Shown one piece after another: positions 7,361-16,749 of a stretch of 32,000 bases of DNA (position 1 is the stretch's first letter; every line of letters begins with the position of its first letter). The notes beneath the pieces were generated by a model, which was not told where the DNA came from, did not search any database, and saw nothing but the letters and a program-made list of their open reading frames with translations. Made by a program: the position numbers and the translations under genes. Source of the DNA: Candidatus Saccharimonadota bacterium (lineage in GTDB: Bacteria; Patescibacteriota; Saccharimonadia; Saccharimonadales; UBA4665). Location of the stretch: the NCBI GenBank assembly GCA_002952755.1, contig CP025011.1, positions 30,001 through 62,000 of the forward strand. The letters run 5' to 3'.

Positions 7361-7996
7361 CTAGCTCTGTGACTTAGCCTTCAACTCGGCATCAATATAC
7401 TTACTGAATGTATCTATAGTGAAATCTGGCGTGATCTTTTTGCCATCAAGCAAAAAGGTTGGTGTTGATTCTTCATTGCCGGTTTTTAAGAAGTCGGCAA
7501 TGTCTTTGTTGATGGCGTCGTTTACTTGGCTGGATGCGGCATCGATTTTAAATTGATTTACATTCAGTTTAAGTGCCGAGGCGTATTGGTTGAAGACATC
7601 TTGGGCATTGCTGCTTTCGCTCCAGGCTGATTGATTCTCGTACAGCAAATCGTGCATCTGCCAGTACTTGCCTTGCAGACCTGCTGCCTCAGCAACGCGG
7701 GCGGCAGCGAACGCGTTCTGGTGGACCTGACTTAAGGGTAGATTACGGAATTGGAAAACGATCTTATCGTTGTATTTTTGCTGCACCTGCTTAACTACGG
7801 GAGAAAACTGGCCGCAATATGGACACTGATAATCACCGAATTCGACGAGAGTTACCCCGGCCGGGCTGGTACCGATGAGGTGACTGCCAGGCTTGCCGCT
7901 GGCATTCGTCGGTGCATTCGCCCTGCCCTTAAAGAACAAAATACCACCAAAAATAACTATGATAGCGGCGATGATCGCCCAAAAACTTTTACTCAT
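7361..7996 (-). CDS. DsbA-family thiol:disulfide oxidoreductase, membrane-anchored
   Basis: It has the thioredoxin-fold motif GDYQCPYCGQF and an N-terminal anchor MSKSFWAIIAAIIVIFGGILFF. The longer track ORF (to 8257) adds 87 aa of implausible sequence that overlaps the divergent gene. Confidence 0.85.
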   Translation of the reverse strand: MSKSFWAIIAAIIVIFGGILFFKGRANAPTNASGKPGSHLIGTSPAGVTLVEFGDYQCPYCGQFSPVVKQVQQKYNDKIVFQFRNLPLSQVHQNAFAAARVAEAAGLQGKYWQMHDLLYENQSAWSESSNAQDVFNQYASALKLNVNQFKIDAASSQVNDAINKDIADFLKTGNEESTPTFLLDGKKITPDFTIDTFSKYIDAELKAKSQS

Positions 7997-8003
7997 ACGT
8001 CGT

Positions 8004-8009
8004 AGTATA
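8004..8009 (-). promoter_or_regulatory. -10 box TATACT, 7 nt upstream of the DsbA-like ATG (leaderless candidate)
   Basis: The reverse complement of 8004-8009 is TATACT. The spacer is 7997-8003 and no SD is present. Confidence 0.3.
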
Positions 8010-8170
8010 CAATATTCTGCCGCAGTAATATGGTGATGCGAGACATTGACTTTTGACAAACGGATTGATCCGGCCCCCAGCTTTTCCCGGAGTCTACGCC
8101 GGACGAAGGAAAGGGGAAATGACAATAAGCAGTATGGTATGATACGAAATGAACATAAAGCGTAAAAATC

Positions 8171-9490
8171 GTGAAAAAACAAAAAGCCTCCCCTAAGTTG
8201 TCCGTGCATTCTAGGCCTGCACGTAAAAAACATCCTATCAGGCAACGGTCGCTCCATAAACGAGTACTACTCCATCCTTTTAGTGCCATGATCCTTCTCT
8301 GCAGTGGTGTCTTGTTGGCCGGCTCGACATTTCAGGCATGGGCAGCGAGCTATCAGGTAACGGCTACGGTGCCTGCGCCTACACTGCACACGCCGGCAAT
8401 ATTTCTTGCGTCGCTCAATCAGCAGCATTTTTCGACAGCGCTCTTAACAGTTGGAGGTAGCTGTCCGCCGCAGTCTTATGTGAAGGTATACCGAAGCAGC
8501 AGCTTTAGTGGCGTTGCTCAGTGTACTGCCGCCCAGACGTTTCAGATGCAGATCGATTTGGACATAGGCGCCAATCAATTACAGGCCCGCGTTTTTAATG
8601 CGACTGATGTAGAAGGGCCGCCATCTTCCCCCGTTACGGTGTACTACGATCCGACTATTTTGCCGCCCGCGCCAACGCCGAGCGCGACTCCAACAAATAT
8701 ATCGATAGCAAAGGTCGAAACCGGCCAATATTGGCAGGGCACCATGCCCGTTTCGAGTGTTAATCCTACCATCAGTGGCGTTGCACCACCTTTCTCTGTC
8801 GTGACGGTAACGTTTCACTCTGCTGTCGAGACGTGTGTGACAACGGCCGACTGGGCAGGTAACTGGCGTTGTACGCTGGATAGTGCTTTGCCGGTTGGTA
8901 TTCACCATGTGGATGTGGTGGCTACAGCCAGTAACGGGCTGAAATGGACGCTTCCGACTTTCGAAATTGCCGTGTCGGCAAGTCTGGCCTCGCTCCTGCA
9001 TCACCAAACTCGCCCGTCGCTATTGATTGGCTCGGAATATCGCTATCAGACATATCAGGTGAACCAGCCCACATCGTTCCATATTAGCGCAAGCGCGGGT
9101 ACGGGACCGTATGTGGTAACTGTAGATTGGGGCGATGGTATCCATTCGCAGCAAACTGAGCCGAATGCGGCGTTTACGGTGACCCATGCCTATCAGCAGC
9201 CGAACACTTACATCGTTATGGTGAAAATAACCGATAGCGTGGGTACGGTAGCGACCCTGCAGCTGAGCGCAATCGTGAAGGCAAATGTAGTGCCAGTAGC
9301 ATTGGCAAGCACAAACCCAACAAGTACCGGATCATTATTTGGATGGATGAAACACTGGATGTGGGTCGTATGGCCGCTATATATCATAGTTAGCCTTATG
9401 GCGTTGAGCTATTGGATTGGTGAACAAGAAGCCTATCGGCAGGCGATGAGTCGGCGCCGGGTGCCGCGGCGTGCGGGGTATAAAAAATGA
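8171..9490 (+). CDS. cell-surface protein with Ig-like and PKD domains and a C-terminal TM anchor
   Basis: It has a signal-like segment MILLCSGVLLAGSTFQAWA, a PKD signature VTVDWGDGIHS..THAYQQPNTYIVMVKITDSVG and a C-terminal helix WMWVVWPLYIIVSLMALSYWIG followed by a basic tail. The start is uncertain (GTG 8171 or ATG 8288). Confidence 0.75.
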   Translation: MKKQKASPKLSVHSRPARKKHPIRQRSLHKRVLLHPFSAMILLCSGVLLAGSTFQAWAASYQVTATVPAPTLHTPAIFLASLNQQHFSTALLTVGGSCPPQSYVKVYRSSSFSGVAQCTAAQTFQMQIDLDIGANQLQARVFNATDVEGPPSSPVTVYYDPTILPPAPTPSATPTNISIAKVETGQYWQGTMPVSSVNPTISGVAPPFSVVTVTFHSAVETCVTTADWAGNWRCTLDSALPVGIHHVDVVATASNGLKWTLPTFEIAVSASLASLLHHQTRPSLLIGSEYRYQTYQVNQPTSFHISASAGTGPYVVTVDWGDGIHSQQTEPNAAFTVTHAYQQPNTYIVMVKITDSVGTVATLQLSAIVKANVVPVALASTNPTSTGSLFGWMKHWMWVVWPLYIIVSLMALSYWIGEQEAYRQAMSRRRVPRRAGYKK

Positions 9491-9506
9491 GGTACTATAG
9501 AAAGGC

Positions 9507-10559
9507 ATGACTACGGTATTTTTAGGATTGCTATTCATCACACTCGGGCTTGTGGCGCTGGCCTTGCAGCGTTTATATAGCTCGGTGCCGGCCAAAGAAT
9601 TAAAGCGGCTCGCCGCCCGTGGCGATCATCTGGCTGAAGCGTTGTATCGGCCGGTTGCATATGGGGTTAGTATGCGTCTGCTGCTCTGGACCTTCTTTAT
9701 TTTTGGTCTCACCGGCGGCTTTGTGTTGCTCGTAAGTACACTCGTCACTTGGGCGGCTTTTATCGTTATATTTTTGACAGTTACCGTCGGCGTGCTGCTG
9801 CAATCGCTACGCCTCACGGTACGCCGGGCTCATTTTGCCGTACAAATTGCACCGGCCTTGAGTTGGTTGCTTATGCGCACTCATCGTCCATTTGACGCTA
9901 TCAGTGATATGACATCGCGGTTTCGTGAGCATGCTGCCCACAGTGGTCTTTTCGAGAAAGAAGACTTACTCGATTTACTCAATCAACAAACCAAGCAGCC
10001 CGACAATCGCATTGCCGATCACGACCTGCGTATCCTAAGCAACGCCCTGCGTTTTGATGACCGCCATGCCGCCGAAGTGATGCTACCGATGTCGCAAGCC
10101 AGATTAGTGAACAAAAGCGACCATATTGGACCAATTTTGCTTGGCGAGCTGCACGAGAGTCGCCAGCAGAGCTTTATGGTGTATGAAGATACGCCGGACC
10201 ACATCGTTGGCACGCTTCAATTGAGTGATGCAGTTCAGGCGCGTGAAGGTGGCTTGGTGAGTGAGCTTATGCGTAAGCAGGTAGCATATGTGCATGAAGA
10301 TTTTAGTCTGCACCGGGCGCTCGCTGCTTTTACGCTGACTGGCCAGCCTGTGGTGGTAGTTATTAATGCATTTGAAGAGCCAGTTGGGGTGCTATCGCTT
10401 ACCCAGTTACTTACCCAGCTACTCGGCGAAACGAGTGAAGAAGGATTCGATGCCTTTGAGGATCGCGCGGCTGTGGCTGCTTTTGTGCCAGAGTTGCCCG
10501 AGCCAGTTGAGCCTACCGGAGAAGATGCTTCCCCTGAGCCAACAGAGGTGGTAGAATAA
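9507..10559 (+). CDS. CNNM/DUF21 transmembrane domain plus CBS-pair protein (HlyC/CorC-like, without the CorC_HlyC C-terminal domain)
   Basis: N-terminal TM helices carry ELKRLAARGDHLAEAL, typical of DUF21. A CBS-like region follows (AAEVMLPMSQARLV..HIVGTLQLSD..), then an acidic tail. Confidence 0.6.
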   Translation: MTTVFLGLLFITLGLVALALQRLYSSVPAKELKRLAARGDHLAEALYRPVAYGVSMRLLLWTFFIFGLTGGFVLLVSTLVTWAAFIVIFLTVTVGVLLQSLRLTVRRAHFAVQIAPALSWLLMRTHRPFDAISDMTSRFREHAAHSGLFEKEDLLDLLNQQTKQPDNRIADHDLRILSNALRFDDRHAAEVMLPMSQARLVNKSDHIGPILLGELHESRQQSFMVYEDTPDHIVGTLQLSDAVQAREGGLVSELMRKQVAYVHEDFSLHRALAAFTLTGQPVVVVINAFEEPVGVLSLTQLLTQLLGETSEEGFDAFEDRAAVAAFVPELPEPVEPTGEDASPEPTEVVE

Positions 10560-10686
10560 ATGACAATGCAATTAAGAATAGCCAATATGAATCTCCGGGT
10601 CGGCAGCCGCGTCTAAAGGCGAGCGCGGTCTGTGAGCATCGACCCTTATCGAGCCAACTGACCAATCACATAAGGAGATTATAGAT

Positions 10687-11997
10687 ATGCGCGCTTTGAG
10701 TAAAGACCTCCATGCACACATTGGCGAACAAGTACACATTGAGGGCTGGCTGCACAAGAAACGACTGCTCGGCGGCCTCACGTTTATAAACGTCCGCGAC
10801 CGCGGCGGCCTGGCACAAATTGTCATTAAGGACAAAGGCGAAGTAGAAAAGCTGCGCAGCCTGCAAATCGGCACCGTGTTAGAAGTGAACGGCACGGCAG
10901 TCGATGAACCACGTGCCCCTGGTGGCGTCGAAATTCATGACGCTACGCTGACGGTCAGCGTACCGGTTACCGATGAGACACCTATCGAGATCGACAAGCC
11001 TTTAAGCCACGTTTCCGAAAACCTCGACACGCTCTTCGACCATCGGGTAGTCGGCTTGCGTAACTTGCGTGAGCAAGCCATCTTTAAGGTGCAGTCAGAA
11101 ATTAAAGTCGCTATCCGCAAGCACCTGCGCTCACTCGACTTTACCGAATTCAGCTCGCCAAAACTATTGGCCGAGGCCACCGAAGGGGGCGCCGAAGTCT
11201 TTAAAATGGATTACTTTGGCAAGGTCGCCACGCTGGCCCAATCCGCCCAATTTTATAAGCAAATAATGGTCGGCGTGTATGAGCGCGTGTATGAAATTGC
11301 CTCTACGTATCGCGCCGAACCAAGTGCTACCACCCGCCACATGACTGAATTCCAAACTGTCGATGTCGAAATCGGCTTCATCGATTTGGCTGGACTGCTG
11401 AGCTTCACCAGCGGCGTTATGAACGCCATTGTCGATGACGTATGGGAGAATTGTGCTGCCGAGCTTAAGGAATGGAAGGCCGAGAAGCCGATACTCCCTA
11501 AAGAAATCCCCAGCATGACTATGGCCGACATCCATGAGAAATATACCGCCGTAACTGGCACGAACACTGTGGGCGAAAAAGATATGCGCCCGGATGAAGA
11601 GCGCTGGGTGTGCGAGTATGCCAAGGAACACCTGGATAGCGAGGCGGTTTTCGTGACTGAGTGGCCACGTGAAGGCGCCAAATTTTATCACAAATTCAGC
11701 GACGCCAACCCCGATATCGCCGAGCGCGCCGACCTTATTTTTCGGGGAGTAGAGATTGCCACCATCAGCATGCGCGAGCACCGCTATCCAAAACTCGTCG
11801 AGCAGCTGCAAACTATGGCCGGCGGCGACCCGGAAGCTGACGGCTTCCGCTACTTCCTGCAAGCGTTCAAATACGGCATGCCCCCAGAAGGCGGGTTTGG
11901 TTTGGGTCTTGAGCGCCTCACGCAAAAATTACTCGACCTACAAAACGTTAAAGAAGCATCCCTCTTCCCACGCGATATCAACCGCCTCGCCCCGTAG
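10687..11997 (+). CDS. aspS: aspartate--tRNA ligase, archaeal/type-2 (probably non-discriminating)
   Basis: This 436-aa class IIb aaRS has the motifs FINVRDRGGLAQIV (OB fold), QSAQFYKQ, YRAEPSATTRHMTEF, FRGVEIATISMRE and GMPPEGGFGLGLERL. An SD AAGGAG at 10672-10677 lies 9 nt before the ATG. Confidence 0.9.
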   Translation: MRALSKDLHAHIGEQVHIEGWLHKKRLLGGLTFINVRDRGGLAQIVIKDKGEVEKLRSLQIGTVLEVNGTAVDEPRAPGGVEIHDATLTVSVPVTDETPIEIDKPLSHVSENLDTLFDHRVVGLRNLREQAIFKVQSEIKVAIRKHLRSLDFTEFSSPKLLAEATEGGAEVFKMDYFGKVATLAQSAQFYKQIMVGVYERVYEIASTYRAEPSATTRHMTEFQTVDVEIGFIDLAGLLSFTSGVMNAIVDDVWENCAAELKEWKAEKPILPKEIPSMTMADIHEKYTAVTGTNTVGEKDMRPDEERWVCEYAKEHLDSEAVFVTEWPREGAKFYHKFSDANPDIAERADLIFRGVEIATISMREHRYPKLVEQLQTMAGGDPEADGFRYFLQAFKYGMPPEGGFGLGLERLTQKLLDLQNVKEASLFPRDINRLAP

Positions 11998-12072
11998 TAT
12001 CGGTGCGTAAGGAGCAGGTCTTAGGGTGATCTATTCGAATCTCAAAGACGACACAGAGACTAAGGCGCTAGT

Positions 12073-12846
12073 TTATATTGAAGTATCAAACTTGCCAGAA
12101 CTTTGGATTGTCTTTAGAGCATGTGACTCCAATGTCATCTTGATGGGCCATTCGTTTTCCCTAATCCGTCGTTCATCTACCGTAATGCCGAGTATACTTC
12201 CCGCTAGGCGTACGATATCCAGATGATAAGGAAGTAACCCCATTACAACATGCTGCTCACCCGGATCTCTTCTGGAAAGTAATAAACCGGTGGTTTCTAA
12301 TATTCCCCAGTTGAAGGCGTTCGTCGCCAAGGCACCGGCCGCTGCTTGGATGATTTCCTCTCTGTGTATGGCCTCAGAATCAAATGGAGATATTTGTTGA
12401 TGGAATAATTCAGCACTTTGGAAGCGATCATTCACTACTTCAGAAATTTCTGCAATCACATCGCGGGTCCTGGGATTTAGGAAATTTTCAGCACTAAAAA
12501 GCAGTATGTCTTTTTCGGGACTCGCTTTATCACGTCGGGTGAGGTATGTTTGGTCGCTTCCACCTTTTAGGGTGACGCTATGGCCCACTAGTGTCGCACT
12601 TTCTACCAAAGCTTCATATTCGCCAGGGTCACCCAAGTCGCTGCCGGTTCGCTGCATATTGTAGAGTATCGTGAGTTGTATGCTATCTGCATGATCTATT
12701 AAATGTTCGATGCCCGCACACCCTAGCCAAGAAGGGGGGCCGTATGGATCGTACATTTCATCTGTTGGTTCACGCAGCTGTACTTCTGTGGTGCCCTCAA
12801 TAGGATAAAACCATTGATCTATAGGCAACAATTCTATCTCTGACAT
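12073..12846 (-). CDS. hypothetical protein, 257 aa, acidic, with no recognisable domain
   Basis: It is a clean ORF with an SD AAGGAG 6 nt upstream of the ATG. GC in sampled lines is noticeably lower than in its neighbours. Confidence 0.55.
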   Translation of the reverse strand: MSEIELLPIDQWFYPIEGTTEVQLREPTDEMYDPYGPPSWLGCAGIEHLIDHADSIQLTILYNMQRTGSDLGDPGEYEALVESATLVGHSVTLKGGSDQTYLTRRDKASPEKDILLFSAENFLNPRTRDVIAEISEVVNDRFQSAELFHQQISPFDSEAIHREEIIQAAAGALATNAFNWGILETTGLLLSRRDPGEQHVVMGLLPYHLDIVRLAGSILGITVDERRIRENEWPIKMTLESHALKTIQSSGKFDTSI

Positions 12847-12922
12847 GCCAGCTCCTTAAGTAGGCAACTATAGCATATGACCTATCTCAGAGTATGTATG
12901 GGCAAGTGGTAATGTCCGAATA

Positions 12923-13585
12923 TTACACGGGTGTATTGTCCAGAGCGCGCCAGATATACCAACAGGCTAAGGACTCGTAGGGATGCCAATGGTTTTGTTG
13001 GCAGATGCTAGCTACTTCTTGAGATGCTGGGAGGTGATCCAACTGATAGAGTTTTTGGATGCCGCTTCTGATACCTAAATCGCCGTGGGCGAGGACATCT
13101 AGCCGTCCCAAACAGAAAATCAAAAACATATGTGCCGTCCATTCGCCAATGCCTTTTACGGCCGTCAGTTCTTTGATGATCTCGTCATTGCTCATATTTT
13201 CCAGATGATCGAACGTGACAGTACCGTCGACGATATGCTGGGCAAGGTCTCGGACATAGGTCGCTTTGTTCCGGCTGAGGCCGGCCATACGGAGTTCATC
13301 CACATTCTTTGTAAGGATAGCTTCGACCGAAGGGAGGCCGGAGCTATCAAATAACGCGCAAAACCGTTCTCGAATGGTGTGTGCTGCCTTGACGCTCAAT
13401 TGCTGGCCGATAATGCTATCCACTAACTCCTGATAATAGTTGCGATGTGGCCGGATAGTAGCTAGGCCGAAGCGGGCAATAATGGGCGCGAGCACCGGAT
13501 CGTGTGTTGTTAAATGGTCGGCAGCTTGTCGGTAGATTTTACTCACTATGTGGCTATTGTATACGGAAACAGTAAGAAAGTTCAT
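12923..13585 (-). CDS. HhH-GPD DNA glycosylase, AlkA-like (DNA-3-methyladenine glycosylase II family)
   Basis: It has the helix-hairpin-helix motif LTAVKGIGEWTAHMFLIF followed by G/D-rich HGDLGIR. The 220-aa length is typical of short AlkA homologues. Confidence 0.8.
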   Translation of the reverse strand: MNFLTVSVYNSHIVSKIYRQAADHLTTHDPVLAPIIARFGLATIRPHRNYYQELVDSIIGQQLSVKAAHTIRERFCALFDSSGLPSVEAILTKNVDELRMAGLSRNKATYVRDLAQHIVDGTVTFDHLENMSNDEIIKELTAVKGIGEWTAHMFLIFCLGRLDVLAHGDLGIRSGIQKLYQLDHLPASQEVASICQQNHWHPYESLACWYIWRALDNTPV

Positions 13586-13606
13586 AGGTAGTACACAATT
13601 AGGCCC

Positions 13607-13612
13607 TATAGT
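13607..13612 (+). promoter_or_regulatory. -10 box TATAGT, 9 nt upstream of the ATG at 13622 (leaderless candidate)
   Basis: TATAGT lies at 13607-13612 and no SD is present in 13613-13621. Confidence 0.3.
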
Positions 13613-13621
13613 TACTCGAGT

Positions 13622-14623
13622 ATGATCACAACAATTCCACCCAACCTACAAACTAACAGCACCAGCCAAGCGTCGGCTCAGGTCGTGGCGAACGAGGAGC
13701 AGAATCTGCAGAATAGCAACCTCCAGCAGGTCGTGAAAGAGATCATTCTACGCCATCTGGTTAACCGCTCTATCAGACAAGACGAAGCTTTAGGCACGGT
13801 GACCGGTGTGCAGATTATGGATTTGCACGATAGTCATCTGATTGTAAATCATGATCAAGATACAGAACAATTTGCGGCCAGTATCAATAAATTGCCCGTA
13901 AGCCTGTTAGTGCTGCAGGATTTGCGTAGCGGCAAACTGAAGATGAATCAAACTTTGACCTGGCTGCCGAGTGACGTTCGCGGTGGTTACGGTGTATATG
14001 ACCAGCCGGGCGCACCAACTTCAGCTAGCTTGCAAGATGTACTCTTCGATTTGCTCAATCACTCTGGCAACACTGCAGTACGAGCGCTGGTCAACTACGG
14101 TTTGGGCGGCGCTGCGGCAGTCAACGCCCGGTGGGCTCAGATTCCCGAATTAAGTCACACATATTTGCAGCCGCTTGATGCCAGCAGATTTTATCTCGGC
14201 AATTCGACACCGCACGATTCGCTCTGGACGCTTGGCCAGCTAATGGCTACACAAGATAATTATGCTGTATTCATGAAAAATGCCATGGCCACCAATATTT
14301 TTACCGATTATGGCGTGCGCAGTCAGTTAGCGGGCAACGACTGGATCGTGCTCGTGAACAAGGTCGGTATTTTGGATGACCCTACTGGCGATAACCGCCA
14401 CGACGTCGGCATTATCTACAATCAGCATACCCATCAGTCGTTCGGCTATTCGTTCATGACCACTGCGCCCGAAGCCAATGCGGCGGCAACACCGCAAGCT
14501 GAACAATCACTCAAGGATATGGGCCGCTACACCCTGCGCTTTGCTGGCGATATACCAGCCCCAGTGATGCACCCGCTAGCTCAGCTCCACGCTGTAGCGC
14601 CAGAGCGTAAGATCTTGTACTAA
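13622..14623 (+). CDS. class A beta-lactamase-fold serine hydrolase homologue
   Basis: SxxK appears as FAASINKLP, an SDN-like motif as HSGNTA, and a KTG-like motif as NKVGIL. No signal peptide is present, and the N-terminus is Q/N-rich. Confidence 0.65.
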   Translation: MITTIPPNLQTNSTSQASAQVVANEEQNLQNSNLQQVVKEIILRHLVNRSIRQDEALGTVTGVQIMDLHDSHLIVNHDQDTEQFAASINKLPVSLLVLQDLRSGKLKMNQTLTWLPSDVRGGYGVYDQPGAPTSASLQDVLFDLLNHSGNTAVRALVNYGLGGAAAVNARWAQIPELSHTYLQPLDASRFYLGNSTPHDSLWTLGQLMATQDNYAVFMKNAMATNIFTDYGVRSQLAGNDWIVLVNKVGILDDPTGDNRHDVGIIYNQHTHQSFGYSFMTTAPEANAAATPQAEQSLKDMGRYTLRFAGDIPAPVMHPLAQLHAVAPERKILY

Positions 14624-14841
14624 TCGTTTTTTACTGTATCTCCCCCGATCTCCTTTGGCATCCAATGGTAGGTAAGATAATCTGGCCTACCCCACTTCAG
14701 TACCCATGAATAGTCTAGTTGTTTAGATATTCTGTATGGACTCTGAAATGAATGCAGGGCGACAAGAGGTTATGATGGGCTACATAAAACCGAAGGCGCA
14801 TGTTTTTCTGCTAGACTGGAAATAGTAAAAGGATAAACAGT

Positions 14842-16680
14842 ATGGCAGAAACGCAGGATGATGTGCATGATTCAGCAGAAACAGTAAAGGGCGAGCACGA
14901 GGCGGCCCAGGACGTGCATACCGCGCGCCACGTGCATCACAATGAGGAGTCTGAGGCCGAGAGCGACTCAGAAACGTCTGCAGCAGGCGCAAAGCCGGCT
15001 GCAACGAATAGTCGTTGGGTATGGCTCGTGCAACAAAAAAGGTGGACGATTCCAGCTGGCGTGGTGCTGCTTGTGCTACTGCTCACGGCCATTCCCTTTA
15101 CGCGCTATACACTCGCTGGGACAGTACTGCGCCGATCGTTTTCGATAGTAGTGACTGATTCGCAGACGGGCAAGCCGGTTTCGAGCGCTTCGGTGGCCCT
15201 GGGCGGCAAAAAAGCGACTACTGATAATCAAGGTAAAGTGTATATTCGTGCCAAGGTTGGCACTAATCGGCTGATTATTGAGAAAACATACTACAAAAGC
15301 AGTACTGCGTCAGTGCTCGTTCCCATTGGTAAACAAAGACAGCCAGAACAGCTACAATTAGTCGCCACCGGCCGGCAGGTGCCGATTACGGTTGTTAATA
15401 AGCTGACTGGCAAGCCCATAGAAAATGCGGTTGTATCGGCACTAAAAACACAGGCCAAGACTGACAAAAAAGGTCAGGTCACATTGGTGTTGCCCGCCGA
15501 CGCCAGCAATGTACCGCTCACTATCGCACTGGACGGCTACAATACGCTGACGGGCGCCAAGGTGAAGGTGACCGCTCAAGTTGACCCGGTTAATACGTTC
15601 CAGGTGACGCCCAGTGGCAAATTGTACTTTTTGTCGAACTTAAGCGGCAAAGTTGATGTTGTTAAGACTGATCTCGATGGGGCCAACCGCCAGATGGTGC
15701 TAGCCGGCACTGGCAGTGAAGATCCGACTAACACATCATTGTTGGCTTCCACTGATTGGAAATATCTGGCCTTATTGTCCAAACGTGATGGCGGCGACAA
15801 CGCTAAGCTCTTTCTGATTGATACTTCGAATGATCAACTTACTACCATGGACGAGGGTAGCGCAGCCTTTAAACTTGCCGGTTGGGACAATCATCACTTT
15901 GTCTACGAGGTGGATCGTTTAGGTATGGCTCTCTGGCAGCCAAAACAGCAGGCAATCAAGAGCTTTGATGCTACAAGCAAAAACCTCGTAACGTTGGACG
16001 AAACAACAGCAACCGGGAGCAGCAACGCTGATTATCTAAAAGAAAATTACGGAAATGTTTTCGTGCTTACGAATGGTGTTGTGTACACCAAAGGTTGGCA
16101 AGCAGGTCATGGCTACAACGATTGGAATGCAGACCCGGGCAAGCAGGCTACGCTGAATATCGTACAACCCGATAACAGTGGCAAGAAAACAGTCCAGAGC
16201 TTTTCGTATACACCAGGTACGCAGACTGCCGACATCAACATACAAGCACGATCCTACGAGGCAAATGGGCTGTATCTACAGTTTATTAACGGTCAAGCAG
16301 ATACTTTTTATACCTATGAGGATGGGGCGATTGCGCAGAATAAAACATTGACCAACGAAAGTTTTTATCAGGCATACTCTACGTATCTTACGTCGCCGAG
16401 CGGCAAGTTGACTTTTTGGAATGAGCCGCGTGATGGTAAAAATGCTTTATTTGTCGGCGATAGCAATGGCGAACACGGCAAGCAGATTGCTGCCAGCAGC
16501 ACGTACCAGGTATATGGTTGGTACACCGATAACTATCTGCTGGTGTCAAAAGACGCCAGTGAGCTATATGTCATGCCAGCGAGTGGCATTGTCAGCGACG
16601 CCACTGCGCTTAAAATCAGCAACTACTATCGGCCCCCTGTTAGCTACTATGGCTACGGCAAGGGGTATGGCGGTCTCTAA
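14842..16680 (+). CDS. N-terminally anchored surface protein with carboxypeptidase-regulatory-like repeats and a probable beta-propeller
   Basis: An acidic, His-rich N-terminus is followed by the TM helix WTIPAGVVLLVLLLTAIPF. Two repeats of the form VTDSQTGKPVSSASVALGGKKATTDNQGKVYI and VVNKLTGKPIENAVVSALKTQAKTDKKGQVTLVL follow, then a long beta-rich region. Confidence 0.65.
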   Translation: MAETQDDVHDSAETVKGEHEAAQDVHTARHVHHNEESEAESDSETSAAGAKPAATNSRWVWLVQQKRWTIPAGVVLLVLLLTAIPFTRYTLAGTVLRRSFSIVVTDSQTGKPVSSASVALGGKKATTDNQGKVYIRAKVGTNRLIIEKTYYKSSTASVLVPIGKQRQPEQLQLVATGRQVPITVVNKLTGKPIENAVVSALKTQAKTDKKGQVTLVLPADASNVPLTIALDGYNTLTGAKVKVTAQVDPVNTFQVTPSGKLYFLSNLSGKVDVVKTDLDGANRQMVLAGTGSEDPTNTSLLASTDWKYLALLSKRDGGDNAKLFLIDTSNDQLTTMDEGSAAFKLAGWDNHHFVYEVDRLGMALWQPKQQAIKSFDATSKNLVTLDETTATGSSNADYLKENYGNVFVLTNGVVYTKGWQAGHGYNDWNADPGKQATLNIVQPDNSGKKTVQSFSYTPGTQTADINIQARSYEANGLYLQFINGQADTFYTYEDGAIAQNKTLTNESFYQAYSTYLTSPSGKLTFWNEPRDGKNALFVGDSNGEHGKQIAASSTYQVYGWYTDNYLLVSKDASELYVMPASGIVSDATALKISNYYRPPVSYYGYGKGYGGL

Positions 16681-16749
16681 GGTAGACGTATCTTTTGATC
16701 TGGTATGCTGGACGTACGGCCAGATAACATCTGATTATCAGCGAGTAGC

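Noticed and set aside
7997-8257. An N-terminal 87-aa extension of the DsbA-like ORF.
   Set aside because: The extension is Cys/Arg/Phe-rich nonsense overlapping the divergent gene and promoter region. An internal ATG at 7996 gives a normal signal-anchor and has a -10 box 7 nt upstream.
10560-10686. A T-box leader upstream of aspS.
   Set aside because: The intergenic region is only 127 nt. It has no T-box sequence (..GGTGGTACCGCG..), no specifier-loop architecture and no terminator.
11164-11925. A 253-aa minus-strand ORF and other 60-140 aa ORFs antisense to aspS.
   Set aside because: It lies entirely inside the well-supported aspS CDS. Its composition is typical of a shadow frame in a GC-biased gene, and no motifs are present.
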